Notes: generated from the letters alone by a model not told the origin. A stretch of DNA of 64,000 nucleotides from Octopus vulgaris (GCA_951406725.2 OX597817.1:96224001-96288000), one strand, 5' to 3'. Numbered from the stretch's first letter, positions 15,041 through 28,376 are shown. Made by a program: numbers and translations.

Positions 15041-15233
15041 TATGGCAAGCCGAAAGAATCGTTAGCGCGTCAAGCAAAATGCTCAGCTATATTTCACCCG
15101 TCGTTACGTTGAGATCGATTTTGCCTTTCATCCTTTTGGGGTCGACAAATTAAGTACTATTCAAGAACTACGTTTGATGTGATCGACTATCCCCTCCTCT
15201 CAAACTCCAAGCCTTGTGCCTATAGTAGAAAGG

Positions 15234-15235
<2 letters not shown>
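15041..15235 (+). mobile_element. Second tRNA SINE family with (ATT)n tail
   Basis: Similar to 23856-24048; ends in ATAGTAGAAAGG(ATT)n. Confidence 0.7.
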
Positions 15236-15286
<51 letters not shown>

Positions 15287-15291
15287 TATAC

Positions 15292-15347
<56 letters not shown>

Positions 15348-15479
15348 GGGATTGAGGTAACTCCTCCAGAAGATATAGAAGCACTTGATGACAATGGCAC
15401 TCTTCTTTATTTCTTTCTTTTTTTTTTGCTTCTATATCTTTTTGAGGAGTTACCTAAATGTTATATATATTAACCAAAA

Positions 15480-16236
15480 TGAAGTAAACTGACAGCTTTA
15501 TTTTTTTAATCTGTGGAAGACACACGAGATGTCGAAATATCGTTCACTTGATATCAATGGCACTCTTCTATTTTTGCTTCTATATCTTCTGGAGGATCAA
15601 CCTTTTTCATGTCGCTATCGTTCTCCTGTAGTCTTGCCTTTATTCTGTCGTAGATTGCCTTTTGTTCATCTGTCATGTCGCCATTAATTGTCGCCAGTTT
15701 TATTGTCTTCTTTTAGATCATCTATATGTTTCTCATCAAGAAAACTACCACTGCTCTTTTCCTATGCTATGAGATTATTCTTATTAGTAAGAACTGTGTT
15801 TTCATTGTTATCTCAGCTGCTATTTTCTATGACCCATCTTTTGATAGATTCGAGCTCTACTTTTGTGAACCAACAATTTCTTCTTATTGCTCTAGCTTGA
15901 TCACAAAGTCTCTGTTCCGTGAGTTTTTTTCCCTCAAATGATCACTCCATAATCACATCAATAATTTGCTTGCTCCATCTGCACCGTGTGTGCTGGTCCC
16001 TTTCTGGATATCGACAGGTTGGAGCCGGACCAGAATCTCTGAGCCTACCGGGTGTAACATTGTCACCATCATTGGCTTCAGTTTCATTACCACCGTTATT
16101 CACAATATTTTGTTTTTTCATTGTCAATCATATGAGGTAGCGATTTTCAGGTTGCACAATTACCAGTGTTTTTATTGTGACAACATCACTAGATGTATCA
16201 TTAATCAGCCCATGGGGAGGCTCCACCCGTTTCCTT

Positions 16237-16240
<4 letters not shown>
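15480..16240 (-). pseudogene. R4/Dong LINE 5' region fragment (different subfamily)
   Basis: RCRWSKQIIDVIME resembles the Dong N-terminal KRNKWTREEY motif at 19665-20132; bounded by (ATT)n. Confidence 0.5.
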
Positions 16241-16283
<43 letters not shown>

Positions 16284-19200
16284 GCTTTTTTTCTTCTTTC
16301 AAATTTGCTTCCATTTCTTGCCGAGTGTCTTCCCGACTCCTAGGGCAAAGAAACTCATAGTATACATTGGTAGGCCATTAAACTAAACTCAATAGTTCGT
16401 TCATTTTTTTTTTTAAGTTAAATTAAAATACATGGGTAGTAATAATTCTCACATCGACAATGCTCTTCTCAATACGTGTGATGTAACAGTTAAGACAATC
16501 TTTTGCACTTCTTGCAGGGATGGTAAGCCAGGGATCATTCTCATATAATTTTCGGTTCCCTTCTTGATCATTCCTAGTGCTCCTACGATCACTGGTATTG
16601 TAACCGCCTTGAGATGCCACATTTTCTCAATTTCAATGAGTAGGTCTTTATATTTTCTGAGCTTGTCAAACTCTTTCGCTGAGATATTATGATCACAGGC
16701 GATGCTCATGTCGATCAATAAGCAAACTTTATTGTTTTGGTCTTTCACAACAATATCTGGTTTATTGGCCTTGATGGTTCGGTCTGTATGTACTGGAAAG
16801 TCCCACAGAATTACTACATTTTCTCCTTCAGTTACAGCCTCAGGGTGGTGATTATACCACTTGTCGGCAGTTTTGATATTGTAATGCCGACTTATTAGCC
16901 AGTGTAGATATTGGCCAACTCTCTCATGTCTTAATTTATACTCCACTGGTGCTAAGACTTTACATCCAGAGATTAGGTGGTCCACTGTTTCAATCATGTC
17001 GTTGCAGAATCGGCATTTTGGGTATGTTCCATTTTTCATCACATTGGCCTGGTAGTTCCGGGTTAATAGGCTTTGATCTTGAGCAGCCAGGATGAAACCT
17101 TCGCTCTCTGCTTTTAGCCCTGAGCTCCGTAGCCACTGATGGGTTTGCTTCTGGTCAACATCAGCTTGTTTGCTGCGGGCCACATATTTGCCGTGCAGAG
17201 GTTTCTCCTCCCACCTATCAGCCAATTGCTCGTGCGCTTTTTTCGTTGCCATTGTTTTCACCTTCTTTGCAACAATAGTTGCCGTACTTCCCTCGGGTTG
17301 TTCAGTTTGGGTATCCTGCACGAGATCAGTAGCAAATTTGTTGCTTTCCTTTATGATAGAGTGAAGCTTCTTTCGTCTCTCGTGATTTTCCACGAGCTTT
17401 AGCATCCAGTCATTCGTTATTTCAAGATATTTGGCCAGTCCAATTGTGGTTGTTTTGTAAGCTAGTTCAAATTGGATCAGGCCTCGACCTCCTTGGGCTC
17501 TTGGAAGGTAAAGGCGATCTACGTCTGCCTTTGGGTGGTGCATCCTATTACAACTCAGCAGCTTGCGTATTTTCCTATCTATATTCTTTACTTCACTCAT
17601 ATTCCAGTTCAACACATTGTAGCTATAAGTAACAACTGGAACTGTTAAGGAATTTATAGCTAACACCTTGTTACGTGCATTTAGTTCAGATTTCAGGACT
17701 GCACGAACTCTCCTATAACATTCCTTCCTGATCTTCTCTTTCATGCTTGCATGCTGAATACCAGAGCCTTCATCTATCCCTAAATATTTGTATGTTTGTT
17801 CTTGCTCAAGCTCTCTTATGACTGTGTCAACATCTAACACAACTGAATTTGTGGTCTTCACTTTCCCTTTCTGAAAAGTGGCCTTGGCACACTTCTCAAG
17901 TCCAAACTCCATCCCGATGTCATCGCTGAATGCTTTCACAGTGCGCAATAGGCCTTCAAGTTCATTATTGTCTTTACCATAGAGTTTTAAGTCATCCATA
18001 TAAAATAGATGGCTTATTTTTTTATTGGCAATTTTATACCCATACCCTGTTCTGTTTAATTCACTTGTAAGGGGTATTAGGGCTATGCAGAATATTAAAG
18101 GTGAAAGTGAGTCACCTTGAAAAATTCCACAGTTGATGTTTATATTTTCTGAGGCAAGTACTCCATTAAAGTGGTATAATTGGAGATTCGTATTCCACAA
18201 CGACATATTGTGCTTCAGGAAGTTTGAAATCAGAGGGGAAATTTTGAAGATGTCCAGCGATCTCAAGATCCATGGATGCGGTATACTGCCGAAGGCCTTT
18301 TTATAGTCAATCCATGCGGAGCTGAGATTTCTGCGCTTGTTGTGACAGTTCTCAAGGATCATGCGATTAATTAGCAGTTGATCTTTGCATCCGTATGAGC
18401 CTCGGCGGCACCCTTTTTGTTCAATGGGGAAAATATCGTTCTTCTCCATGAATGCATATGTTTTCTCCGCCAGGATAGATGTTAGGATTTTATACGTGGT
18501 GGATAGACAGGTTATAGGCCGATAGTTTTTTGGAAGGTTGGTTTCGTTATTCTTTGGGAGTAGGTAAGTAATACCACTTGCTAACCATTCAGGTGTTTTC
18601 TTTGGGTCTCTCATAATTCCATGGAGCAGCTGAACTAGCTTACCGTGTACGCATGGGAGCGATGCGAGCCAGAAATTCGGCACTCTATCTTTACCGGGGG
18701 ATTTCCAATTATGGGCCTTCGTGAGTGCCTTTCTTAGGTCTGCTATTGTGATGTCTTCCCATGCTTGTTGTTGTAAATTTTGGTAGGATCCTTCAGTTTG
18801 TCTAATCCAGTCTGCATTTATGTTGTACGTCTTCTTGTCACTCCAAATCCTTTTCCAAAAGTTTTGAACTTCTTCCATGGGAGGGGGGTCTTTAACGGTT
18901 ACTTTCTCCTTCCCTATTTCTCTGTAGAATTTTTTGGCATTGGATGTGAACAGCTTATTTTACTTGTAAAACTTGTTTCTCTTCTCAAATCTTCGTATTC
19001 TTTGGGCTTTTGCTTGGACTTTTTGTTTCAGTGTTTCTTTTATTGATATCAGTTCTTCTCTTGGTGAAGATCCAAATTTTCTCTTCATCTTTCTTCCTGT
19101 TCTGGATCTTACATCATTTCCACATATTAGTTCATTTAATATTGATATTTCCCCTCTCATAAATTCAATCTCTTTTTCAATTTTACTTCTCCAGGTTTGA

Positions 19201-20241
19201 TTTCTTCCCAGGTTTGGTTTTCTTTGTTTTTTCGGGGGCATACAGCTGCCCTAGCAGAAGCGTAAATAATTTCATTTAACTCAGTAAAATCAGGTTTTAA
19301 TTCTTGTATTATTTCATTTGTTACATAGTTGCCAATTTGGATTTTTTTTTTATTATTTTGGTTTGTATTTGAGAGTTTATGAAGTGGTTCTCTATCATTC
19401 ATACTTGTATGTCTTACAACTTCAAGCGTATTCAGGATTTTCTGCCTCATTTTTGCCATAGACTCTCTGTGTTCTTCAGCAAATGCGAGATCTTCAGTTA
19501 CTGTTGTTTTATCATTTTCCTGGCTATCTTTAACAGGTACAATAGAATTTCTTGTATCTTCAGGCCTTTGCGTACTTTGGTCAGATGGCAGTCTTTCAAT
19601 TAAGCCTCGTGGCGGGCTATAATGTTCATCTGATTCTTCATTTCCTTTGTGTCTTATATTTATGTCATTTTCCGTTGCGTGCTTGAATCGCGCTTATTTC
19701 ACTGTCTGTGAGTCTGTTATTTCTAAGGATATCCCTCCTCACATTTGCCAATTTGTTCTCGTCCAAATAGGGCCTACTGTCTTGATTCCGTGTTCTCCAT
19801 ATACTGTAAGAGTTTGCGGTGTGTCTCTCTTGAGATGGCCTACCTAATGCATAGTAATAAGCGTATATTACTTCTTTATACTCTTCTCGGGTCCATTTGT
19901 TCCGCTTACATTTTTCTTTCTGTGGTAGTTGTGGCGGTGAACTTGGAGGGCTCGAGTTGGGGGATTTCCCGTTCAAGTGACCATCTATGTCCGTATTCGG
20001 AGAAGAGTTTGTGCCAGTTGATGACTTTTCGATCCCAGGCTGGCTCTTCCCTGGGGGACGCGCTTCCAGATTAACCATAGGACAAGCGATTTGGTATACT
20101 GATTTAGTTTTCCTTTTAATTTCCAAAAACATTTTGGTGCTACGATAATTTTATCATTTTTGAGCTTTGATTGACTCGTGGGGAGACGGCCATCATTGCT
20201 GTTACAATTATAATCGTACCATTATAACAGCCGTAGTCGGC
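16284..20241 (-). mobile_element. Near-full-length R4/Dong-clade non-LTR retrotransposon in a (TAA)n tract
   Basis: One ancestral ORF split into 19665-20132, 19157-19459, 18960-19241 and 16449-18878; short 3' UTR followed by (AAT)n; ATT-rich 5' flank. Confidence 0.9.
16449..18878 (-). CDS. R4/Dong RT + CCHC + restriction-like endonuclease (C-terminal 809 aa)
   Basis: NYRPITCL, WIDYKKAF, GIFQGDSLSP, FYMDDLKLY, CRFC..ETVDHLISGC, and KPDIVV..LIDMSI..KLRKY (PD-D/ExK type). Confidence 0.9.
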   Translation of the reverse strand: MEEVQNFWKRIWSDKKTYNINADWIRQTEGSYQNLQQQAWEDITIADLRKALTKAHNWKSPGKDRVPNFWLASLPCVHGKLVQLLHGIMRDPKKTPEWLASGITYLLPKNNETNLPKNYRPITCLSTTYKILTSILAEKTYAFMEKNDIFPIEQKGCRRGSYGCKDQLLINRMILENCHNKRRNLSSAWIDYKKAFGSIPHPWILRSLDIFKISPLISNFLKHNMSLWNTNLQLYHFNGVLASENININCGIFQGDSLSPLIFCIALIPLTSELNRTGYGYKIANKKISHLFYMDDLKLYGKDNNELEGLLRTVKAFSDDIGMEFGLEKCAKATFQKGKVKTTNSVVLDVDTVIRELEQEQTYKYLGIDEGSGIQHASMKEKIRKECYRRVRAVLKSELNARNKVLAINSLTVPVVTYSYNVLNWNMSEVKNIDRKIRKLLSCNRMHHPKADVDRLYLPRAQGGRGLIQFELAYKTTTIGLAKYLEITNDWMLKLVENHERRKKLHSIIKESNKFATDLVQDTQTEQPEGSTATIVAKKVKTMATKKAHEQLADRWEEKPLHGKYVARSKQADVDQKQTHQWLRSSGLKAESEGFILAAQDQSLLTRNYQANVMKNGTYPKCRFCNDMIETVDHLISGCKVLAPVEYKLRHERVGQYLHWLISRHYNIKTADKWYNHHPEAVTEGENVVILWDFPVHTDRTIKANKPDIVVKDQNNKVCLLIDMSIACDHNISAKEFDKLRKYKDLLIEIEKMWHLKAVTIPVIVGALGMIKKGTENYMRMIPGLPSLQEVQKIVLTVTSHVLRRALSM

Positions 20242-21328
20242 TTATTATTGTTATTATCATCACCATTATTATCACTATCATCATTATCACCACCATTACC
20301 ATCATCATTATCATCATCACCATCACCATCATCATCATCATCATCAATGATATTGTTTTATGTGTAGTCACAGCAGTATCTTATTATTGTTATTTTTGTT
20401 TTTTATCATTATCACCATCATAGTAGTGTCTGTCTGTCTCGTTGGCTGGCTTGGTGGTTGGCTGGCTGGCTGTCTTCAACGCCAGAGTTCTTGCCTGTCA
20501 AATAATACTTTCATATTTGGTTAACATCTAAAGAGCCGAGGTTAGGTTTGTGTTGGCTGAACTCTGTGAGTGTGTGTGTGTGTGTAGATAGATAGATAGA
20601 TTATCAGCACTATTACTATCATTATTATCATCATCACCATCATCACCATCACCATCAGTGATTTCTTTTTTTTTTTTTTAGGTGGGGTCCTATCGGTCAA
20701 AAAAAGTTCAAATGTTTACTAAGAAAAATTAAGGAAAGGCTGTTCTGTATTGTTTGTGAATAGAGAAGTTGTGTTCGACCAGAGAGAATCTTAGCATCAT
20801 TATTTTTTTTCCATGTGCGTTTGTGTTATTGCAATAAAAAGTGTTTGTATATTTCGTGTAAGGTAATATTGTGGAGGTTGAAGTTGACTTTTCTAGAGAT
20901 GTTTGTATGTCCAGTTAGAAGAACAGGTGTGTTTTTGCAATAAAAAGTATATGTTTACATTTATATTTGAATATTCAGGGAGGAAGCAAAGAAAAGTCAG
21001 ATTTTCATAGAAAGTTTTAGGGTTTTGTAAGTCCACAAAAAGAAAAGCGTGATGTTTTTAGAGAGAAGAAAAAAAAGGGTGCTTACAGAGGCAGTTGTGG
21101 GTATTAAAGTTTTTAAAGCTGATCGGATGTATGTTTGAAAGCTGTAGATATGTAAATTTGTAAATTTCTTAACTTATTTTGAAGAGAATTTTAAATACTC
21201 TCAAGATATTGTAGATGTTCCAGTCTTTGAGAGTTATTTTTACCCGTTGCTAAACTGGGTCATATTAGTGTTTCTATCGGCTACTGAATTGTCAGAGCAG
21301 TGAGGAATACGTTCAGCCGCTGTCATCA

Positions 21329-21398
<70 letters not shown>

Positions 21399-21799
21399 CA
21401 TCATCATCATCATCACTGATATCACTGATATTGTTATGTATCGTAGCAGCAGTGGTTGCAGCAACAGCAACAGTAGCAGGGGTGGGATAGTGGTAAGGGT
21501 GGTAGTTGGGTCTCAGATCCCTGTGCTATCATAATAGTAGTAGTTGTAGTATTATTGCAGTTTTAGCAGTATTTAGTATTAACAGCTACAGCATATTATT
21601 ATTATTTTTTTATCATTATCACCATCACTACTACCAGTGGCCACTGAGAGCGCTACCTTGGAAAGAAGCAATTCAACCTGTTCTATTTGTAATTGTACTA
21701 TACTTGTACTATATAACAAAGAACAGAGGTGGGCAAGAGTTTCCCTGGAAGATAACTCATTTGATTGTTACCTCGGCTAAGTGCTAGTTGTTACAGAAA

Positions 21800-22350
21800 A
21801 GACATGTTTTCCAATTAGGCATGCTGTTCTTAATCAGTGCACACACGTTCTCAGCTATTCCACACATGTCGGATGCTTCCAAAATCCACGAATGCGACAT
21901 GCCGTAAGACTTTTTAAAGTCTATCCAGGCGAAGCATAAGTTTTTTTTTCCTTTTTTTTTTTTTTGGTATCATTTGCAGTTCTTCATTACAACCTTGTCT
22001 ATCACAAGGTGGTCCTTGGTGCCCTTCGATCCTTTTCGGCATCCCTTTTGTTCTAATGGAAGTAGGTCGTTTTTCACACGGAAGTATATATTTTCACTGT
22101 GAGGATGCCTGTTAAGCAATGGGTAGGTGATTGCCAACCTCATTGCCCTTTGACCAATTTTTCCTCTACAATGTTGTCTTTCCCTCAACAATTCACTCCG
22201 GAACTGCACCACTCTGTAGGCAATTGTTTAATTGCAACACAATTCACTTGTGTGTTGACCTAAACCACTTGAGCCAGTAGCCTTGAATTCTGTCTGGTCC
22301 TGCCTCTTTCCAGTTTGGTAGTTCTGATACCTCTGCAATTGCATATTCCG
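21800..22350 (-). pseudogene. Degraded R4/Dong RT fragment
   Basis: LLPLEQKGCRKGSKGTKDHLVIDKVVMKNCK followed by AWIDFKKSY. Confidence 0.7.
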
Positions 22351-22931
22351 TTATTATGCGCACATGGTCCTGGCGTGGAGCCCCCAGATGATGGAATTCG
22401 GATCTCACGGAATTAATCCACACAGCACCGTGGTTGTAGGCAACTTCTTGTAACTACTTTTTCTATCATGCCGAATGTCTCCTCAGAGAGTCCATTGCTC
22501 ATCTTCAGTGCACAGGCTCAGCGTATGAAAACCAAGACCGTTGCTTTTGCCCTAGCTTCTGTAGCCAGGGTGTTTTTTATCGTTGTTTTTGTCACTAGCT
22601 GGGCTATGTTTTCTAACCACAGGATCCGAGAGCTATCGGTTGGTCGACAGGTTGTAGTTGTTTCATGTGTCATTGATGTTATTGTGGTTGTTTTTGTTTT
22701 TGTCTTTGTCTGGGCAGCCTTCTACAACCACTGTCAAATGCTGCGTTTATTTTTGAATCTATGTAGTTGTAGCAGCATTAGTAGCAGCAGTAGCAGCAGC
22801 AGCAGTAGCAGTGGCAACAGCGGTAGCAGTAGTAGTAGAATGGCTTGTTGGCTGGCTGAATCAGCTTCTGTTGCCTCACGATTAGTAGTAGTAATCTATT
22901 ATTATTATTGTTGTTGTTGTTATTGTTGTTG

Positions 22932-22983
<52 letters not shown>

Positions 22984-23029
22984 AATTATTATTGTTGTTG
23001 TTATTACTATTATTCAGTAGTCTTCTTTT

Positions 23030-23325
23030 TATCCCGTGCTTTCACTGCACTACTGAGCGCAGCTCTGTGTGCCTTGGGTATGTGCTGTGGTTTGTTGTGA
23101 TGCTTTTATTGTTACTGTATTGAAAGTGCTTTATGTAGGATGTGTGCGGTGCCTAGTAGTGCTATTTTCTGTATGTTATATATACTTGCTAGTCCTGTTG
23201 TTTCTGCAACGTATTTGTCTGAATATTTTTTATCATACCTAATGCGCCTATGATAGGAATCCATATTCGAATTACCTCAATTTCTAGGTTTTTGTATTTT
23301 GATAGTTTCTCCATTTCTTTTAGGG
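23030..23325 (-). mobile_element. R4/Dong 3' end fragment (family B)
   Basis: SLKEMEKLSKYKNLEIEV..GALGMIK plus a 3' UTR shared with 28955-29275. Confidence 0.8.
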
Positions 23326-23376
23326 AATCATCACCATCATCATCATCATCGTCATCACTACTACTACTACTACTAC

Positions 23377-23437
<61 letters not shown>

Positions 23438-23732
23438 ATTCATATACAAACAACAGAGATTAGACTGTTGGAAAAGAAAAAATTCCTAACATCAGGCAGC
23501 AAGTAACCTTAGATGCCAAGAACCCTCCTAAGTATTCTAGCTATCCCTTATAACATTGTTTTCTGGAGCTGTTCTAAATTAGATTTTATGCCTATTTCCT
23601 ATGTCCATCCACTCAAATCTTTAGGGATAGTTCCTAATGCACATATATATAGATTCTTTCCCATTCAGTTCATGATAGGCCCGTTTCTGATTTTGTTGTT
23701 GTTGTTGTTGTTGTTGTTGTTATTGTCATTAC

Positions 23733-23855
<123 letters not shown>

Positions 23856-24048
23856 GGCGGCAAGCTAGCAGAATCGTTAGCAGCGTTTTGTCCGTCCTTA
23901 CGTTTTGAGTTCAAATTCTGCCAAGGTTGGCTTTGCCTTTCATCCTTTCGGGGTCGATGAAATAAGTACTAGTTATGCACTGCGGTCGATGTAATTGACT
24001 AGCTACCGCCCCTCAAATTTCAGGCCCTGTGCTTATAGTAGAAAGGAT
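23856..24048 (+). mobile_element. Second tRNA-derived SINE family
   Basis: A-box-like GGCAAGCTAGCAGAATCG and B-box GAGTTCAAATTC; several copies in the window. Confidence 0.75.
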
Positions 24049-25074
24049 ACATGTCGACGAGAACAAGTTCTATCTGAAGGTCTTACATCAAATTTACCAA
24101 TGTGTGCATCACAGCCTGACGATTCATTGCTTCGGAAGATTAAATTGATTGATGAGAGTAATTCATTTCACTTAATGGAAGCTATTATTGAACACTATCG
24201 TTCAAAATTAATATTGCTTGGTGCATCAAGGAGAATTTGCGTGTCCTTGAACAGGTGTGTTCTAAAAATCGTTTCAGCTATTTGTGTAATTGTTTCATGA
24301 AATTTGAAAGAACGGAAATTTCTTTCTAAAAGGAAAAGAAGCTGAAAACGTTGACTCCCCATTCCTCTAAGCCAATGGACAAGTAAACACTTTGGTTGAG
24401 AACATTTGCTTTGAAATATGAGAAGTTTTCCCTTTCGGGACAAACGTTATGTGGAAAACGTATTTTTTCTCATGCGGGGTTTCTATCACACAGTCAACAC
24501 TGCACACTGTTCATTCATCACGCCAAAAAAATAATCATTTTGTTTTGTCGACCTATTTTTCATGATTATGACAGTCTGAACTTACCAGTTCCACAGCAAC
24601 TAACAGCGCAGATAACAATGCTGCACTCGCCACAAACATAATTCCTACAGTTCAGCAAGTTCATATTACTAATTCCCAAATTGGTGCATATGATTGTGGT
24701 CTTTTTGTCTAGCGTGCTCATTTGAACTGGTCATTAGAATCTCCCCAGAGAAGTTTTTATTTGATCAGTCAAAAATGCAAGCATGTTTAAGATTTTGCCT
24801 CGAAAGCAATAAATTTGTTGCTTTCCTGGAAGTAAAGGTTTTCAAATGCCAACAAAAACAACAGAAGTCACTCACTTTCTATCACCCACCCAGGAATGAG
24901 TTACTTTTAGAAACGACTAAAAGTTATAATTTCTCACATGAAAATTCAGAACAATTTTTATCACCCAATATGTTCTATGTTTTAAGTGAGGACTTCGAGC
25001 AAAACCCAAAAGATTGTCAGGAGTCTAATGAAAGTAAGACTCTGAAAAATACTTGCCCAAGAAAATCCTTCACA

Positions 25075-26460
25075 CTAGAGAATAAGTCGGTCATAAATTT
25101 ATCTAAACTAAAACTTTCACCAGACGATATCTCTGTCTTAGAGCTTGGATTGAGTATCTGCCCAAGTACTAAGAATTTCGACAAGAATAAACTAGCTCAA
25201 GGGCTATTTCAGTTTGTCCGCTATCACAAACAGAAGGATTTTTTTAAATGATAACGAGGAGTCAGAAAACTCTATGCTTACTGAAAATAAAATGATGATG
25301 ATCGAATCTGATATAAATGAATCGAAAAGAATCCCAGTTGGTATCCAGATAAAGGTAGGGATGGACGTTCACAAACACAACTGAAATTTCTTGAATCTTG
25401 TGAGACAGGCATTAGAGAAAGCCTTAAAACAAGTGGAAAGAAGTCCTGGCATAATCTCACAAATTCCCAGCGTTACACACTCCATTGTCTAGCTAATAAT
25501 AATTCTATTGTTATTAAAACGGTATATAAGGGAGGCGCTATTGTAATTATAGAGTAGTGAGTATATTTCAGCTTGTGAAGAAGTTGTAAGTGACAAAACT
25601 TCAAATGAAGAATTACCTGTTGACCCAAACCCAAATTACAGAGAGGAACTTGACAAAATAATTCTGGAATTGAGGAAAACAATTTCATTAATAAGGCTGC
25701 AAAGAAAAGAACACCTGATTATATGGTTTCCCCAAAATATACAAAAAGTTCGGAAGATTTTCTCCAGTGTACCCAATTTTCGGTGGATATGAATGTTGTA
25801 CAACCAAAATTTCGGAGTGGCTGGATAGTTTTTCTGTGGCAAAAAGATCAAGTTCCAATAATCAGAATACTTTTGATTTTGTGTCTAAAATCAACAACAT
25901 TTTTAAGCACCGAAGTATTGTCGAAAACTGTTTTTTGGTAACCATCTATGTTTCTTCCTTATATCCCGATATCGACCGCGATGAAGGAGTAGAAGTATGC
26001 ACGAATGCCTTCGAAAAACGGTCAGACAAAAGTATTCCATCTAATTTTCTCTGTAGGTTATTGAGGTTTGTGTTACGAAGTTACAATGAAGTTTGGACAA
26101 AAATTTTACCACCAGACGAGGGATTGAACTATGGGTATCCCCATAGCAGTTAATTTTGTTAATATCTTCATGACGAAATTCGAAACACTGTTACTGAAGA
26201 CATTCAACTCCCTACAATGTTATGAACTAATATACTGGCTACGGTTCATTGATGACGTCCTTTTTGTCTGGGAAGGATCACAAAATAGTTATGCTAAAAG
26301 CTACGGCTTTAAAATTTACGTCTAGTTTTTCAAAAACTAGTGTTGAATTTTTGGGCACAAAAGTTAAGTTTTCTGATGGCAGAATAGTGACAGGGTTATT
26401 TTACAAGCCCACGTCATCCCACATTTACCTCTAACACCGCTCCAATCATCCACGTCATAT
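25075..26460 (+). pseudogene. Penelope-like element reverse transcriptase, degraded
   Basis: Ordered PLE RT motifs across frameshifts: VINLSKLKLS..LELGLSICP, KGGAIVI, TTKISEWLD, VSSLYPDI, MGIPIAVNFVNIFM, WLRFIDDV, LFYKPTSSHIYL. Confidence 0.8.
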
Positions 26461-26485
26461 AATTCGGTCAAATCCGAAATCCCAA

Positions 26486-26700
26486 GTAGACCACTAGACC
26501 AATGTGTATCTGGGTATTCCCCTTCGTCTGTATCGGACATCTGTCTGCTAGACATGGCAGCCGTTTGTCCTAGCTCGCAATATATTGGACACAGTCTGTG
26601 ATGTTAACAAGCTGGAGTGGTTGTTCTCCTGGAGTTAAAAAATGGTAGTAACGTAGTTCCGTACAGAACAGCCATGTTGAAGTGGCAACACATTACGCTT
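26486..26700. mobile_element. PLE pseudo-LTR relic; degenerate minus-strand hammerhead at 26486-26533
   Basis: 26577-26698 aligns with 54377-54498. The reverse complement of 26486-26533 resembles the 54306-54346 hammerhead (AGGG-GAAUA-CCC..GUGGUCUAC). Confidence 0.55.
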
Positions 26701-26765
26701 CAGTATTGTTACTGCTTATATCTCTTGTCGATATTTTATAACTAGCCACTTTGCTTTCATATATA

Positions 26766-27556
26766 CAAGGGTTGGACAAAATAATGGAAACACCTTGCAT
26801 CATAGCATCATAATTTTGAAATATCTATAAAACCATCAAAAGCTTGTTTATTTTTATGCTTTTTTATTTATTATTAGTGTTGCTTAATATGTTTTGTTAA
26901 AATTGTTGTTTCATTTCAGATATCATCAGAAAAAGGTAATTGAAATTCATTGAAATGACAGATCTATCGGACTTTCAAAGAGATCAAATTGATGGTGCTC
27001 GTATGGCAGGCGCTAGCGTAACGAAAACAGCTGAAATATTTGGTGTATCAAGAAGTACTGTCTCGAAAGTAAAGACGGAATAACATCCTCGTCGAAACAA
27101 AACTCCGGAAGAAAACCGAAACTTTCAGATAGGGACCGTCAGATTTTTATGCGAATTGTTAGAAAGGATCACAAAAGTACAGCTCCCAAAATTACTGCAG
27201 AGCTTTATGACCACCTCAGGAACCCAGTTTCCACAAAAACTATTTGCCAGGAGCTGCACAAAGCTGGATTTCACGGGTGGGCTGCCATCAGAAAACCACT
27301 ACTTTCAAAAACAAACGTTGCAAAGCGTTTAGAGTGGAGTAAAAACCTACAAAATTGGTCCCTATAGCAGTGGGAAAATGTTATTTTCTTGGATGAGTCA
27401 TCCTTTACCTTATTTCCGACCACCGACCGAGTGTACGTGTGGAGACAGCCAAAAGAAGCATTTGACCCAGACTGCCCTCTTCCAACAGTTAAAAAAGGAG
27501 GAGGAGGATCTGGGTGGGGGGCTATATCTTGGAAATCCGTCTGCCCAATGGTTTCA
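26766..27556 (+). mobile_element. Tc1-family DNA transposon, 5' part with broken transposase
   Basis: TA|CAAGGGTTGGACAAAATAATGGAAACACC TIR; MTDLSDFQR.., RKPLLSK..KRLEW, DESSF. Confidence 0.8.
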
Positions 27557-27699
27557 TTCGCAAATGTTTAATATAATGGCACCTGGAATGAAAGAAGAAT
27601 AATTACATTGCAAATTCTACACCGCTAAAAACATATTAAGACGCTTAGATCAGAAATTTTGAAAATTAAAGGTGTCTATTTATTTCCTGCATATCTGTG
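27557..27699 (-). mobile_element. 5' terminus of a second Tc1 family
   Basis: Reverse complement matches 35523-35662 and ends at TA. Confidence 0.75.
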
Positions 27700-27731
<32 letters not shown>

Positions 27732-27809
27732 TGTATGTATGTATGTATGTATGTATGTATGTATGTATGTATGTATGTATGTATATGTGTATGTATGTAT
27801 GTATGTATG

Positions 27810-28003
27810 TATGGGTGTTTATGTCTATGTTTGTCCCACAACCACCATTGCTTGATAACCGATGTTGGTGCGTTTGCGTCCCTGTAATGTAGCTGTTTAC
27901 CAGGCTTATAGATAAAAAGTCCAGGGATCAATTTCTTCGACTAAGGAGTGGTGCTCCAGCATGGCCACCATCAAATGACTGAAACAAGTAAAAAATAAAA
28001 GAA
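27810..28003 (+). mobile_element. CORE-like SINE, 3' half
   Basis: GGTGCTCCAGCATGGCC..AAATGACTGAAACAAGTAAAA tail. Confidence 0.75.
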
Positions 28004-28182
28004 TACCAGAAAAACGTTCCGCACCACTAAACTAAGAAGGTTCTTTGAATATGTACCATGTATTTTAAGGTTAAATAGTAATTCCGTTTACGTTTGTGTA
28101 ACTGAAATATTTTGGTTGGAATATATAGTCATTGGTGTTACATTACTTTCTATATTATGTAACCATCAAAATATACTTTTCT

Positions 28183-28315
28183 AAGCCTGAAATTTTTGTG
28201 AAGAGGGGGCCAGTTGATTAGATTGACCCAAGTACACAACTGGCACTAAATTTATCGACCCTGAAAGGACAAAAAGTCAACCTCAGCAGAATTTGAACTA
28301 AGAACGTAAAGACAT
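28183..28315 (-). mobile_element. Second SINE family, partial copy
   Basis: Similar to 9755-9900. Confidence 0.65.
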
Positions 28316-28376
28316 AATATGCGAACATTTCTCATGGCACCAGTACACTGTTTATAGATGCTTACATTTTTTGTTT

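Noticed and set aside
20160-20241. Possible HDV-like ribozyme at the Dong 5' end (minus strand)
   Set aside because: A P3/L3-like CGU-CUCCCC-ACG is present, but P1 has two mismatches and no P1.1, P2 or J4/2 could be built. Only a hairpin is supported.
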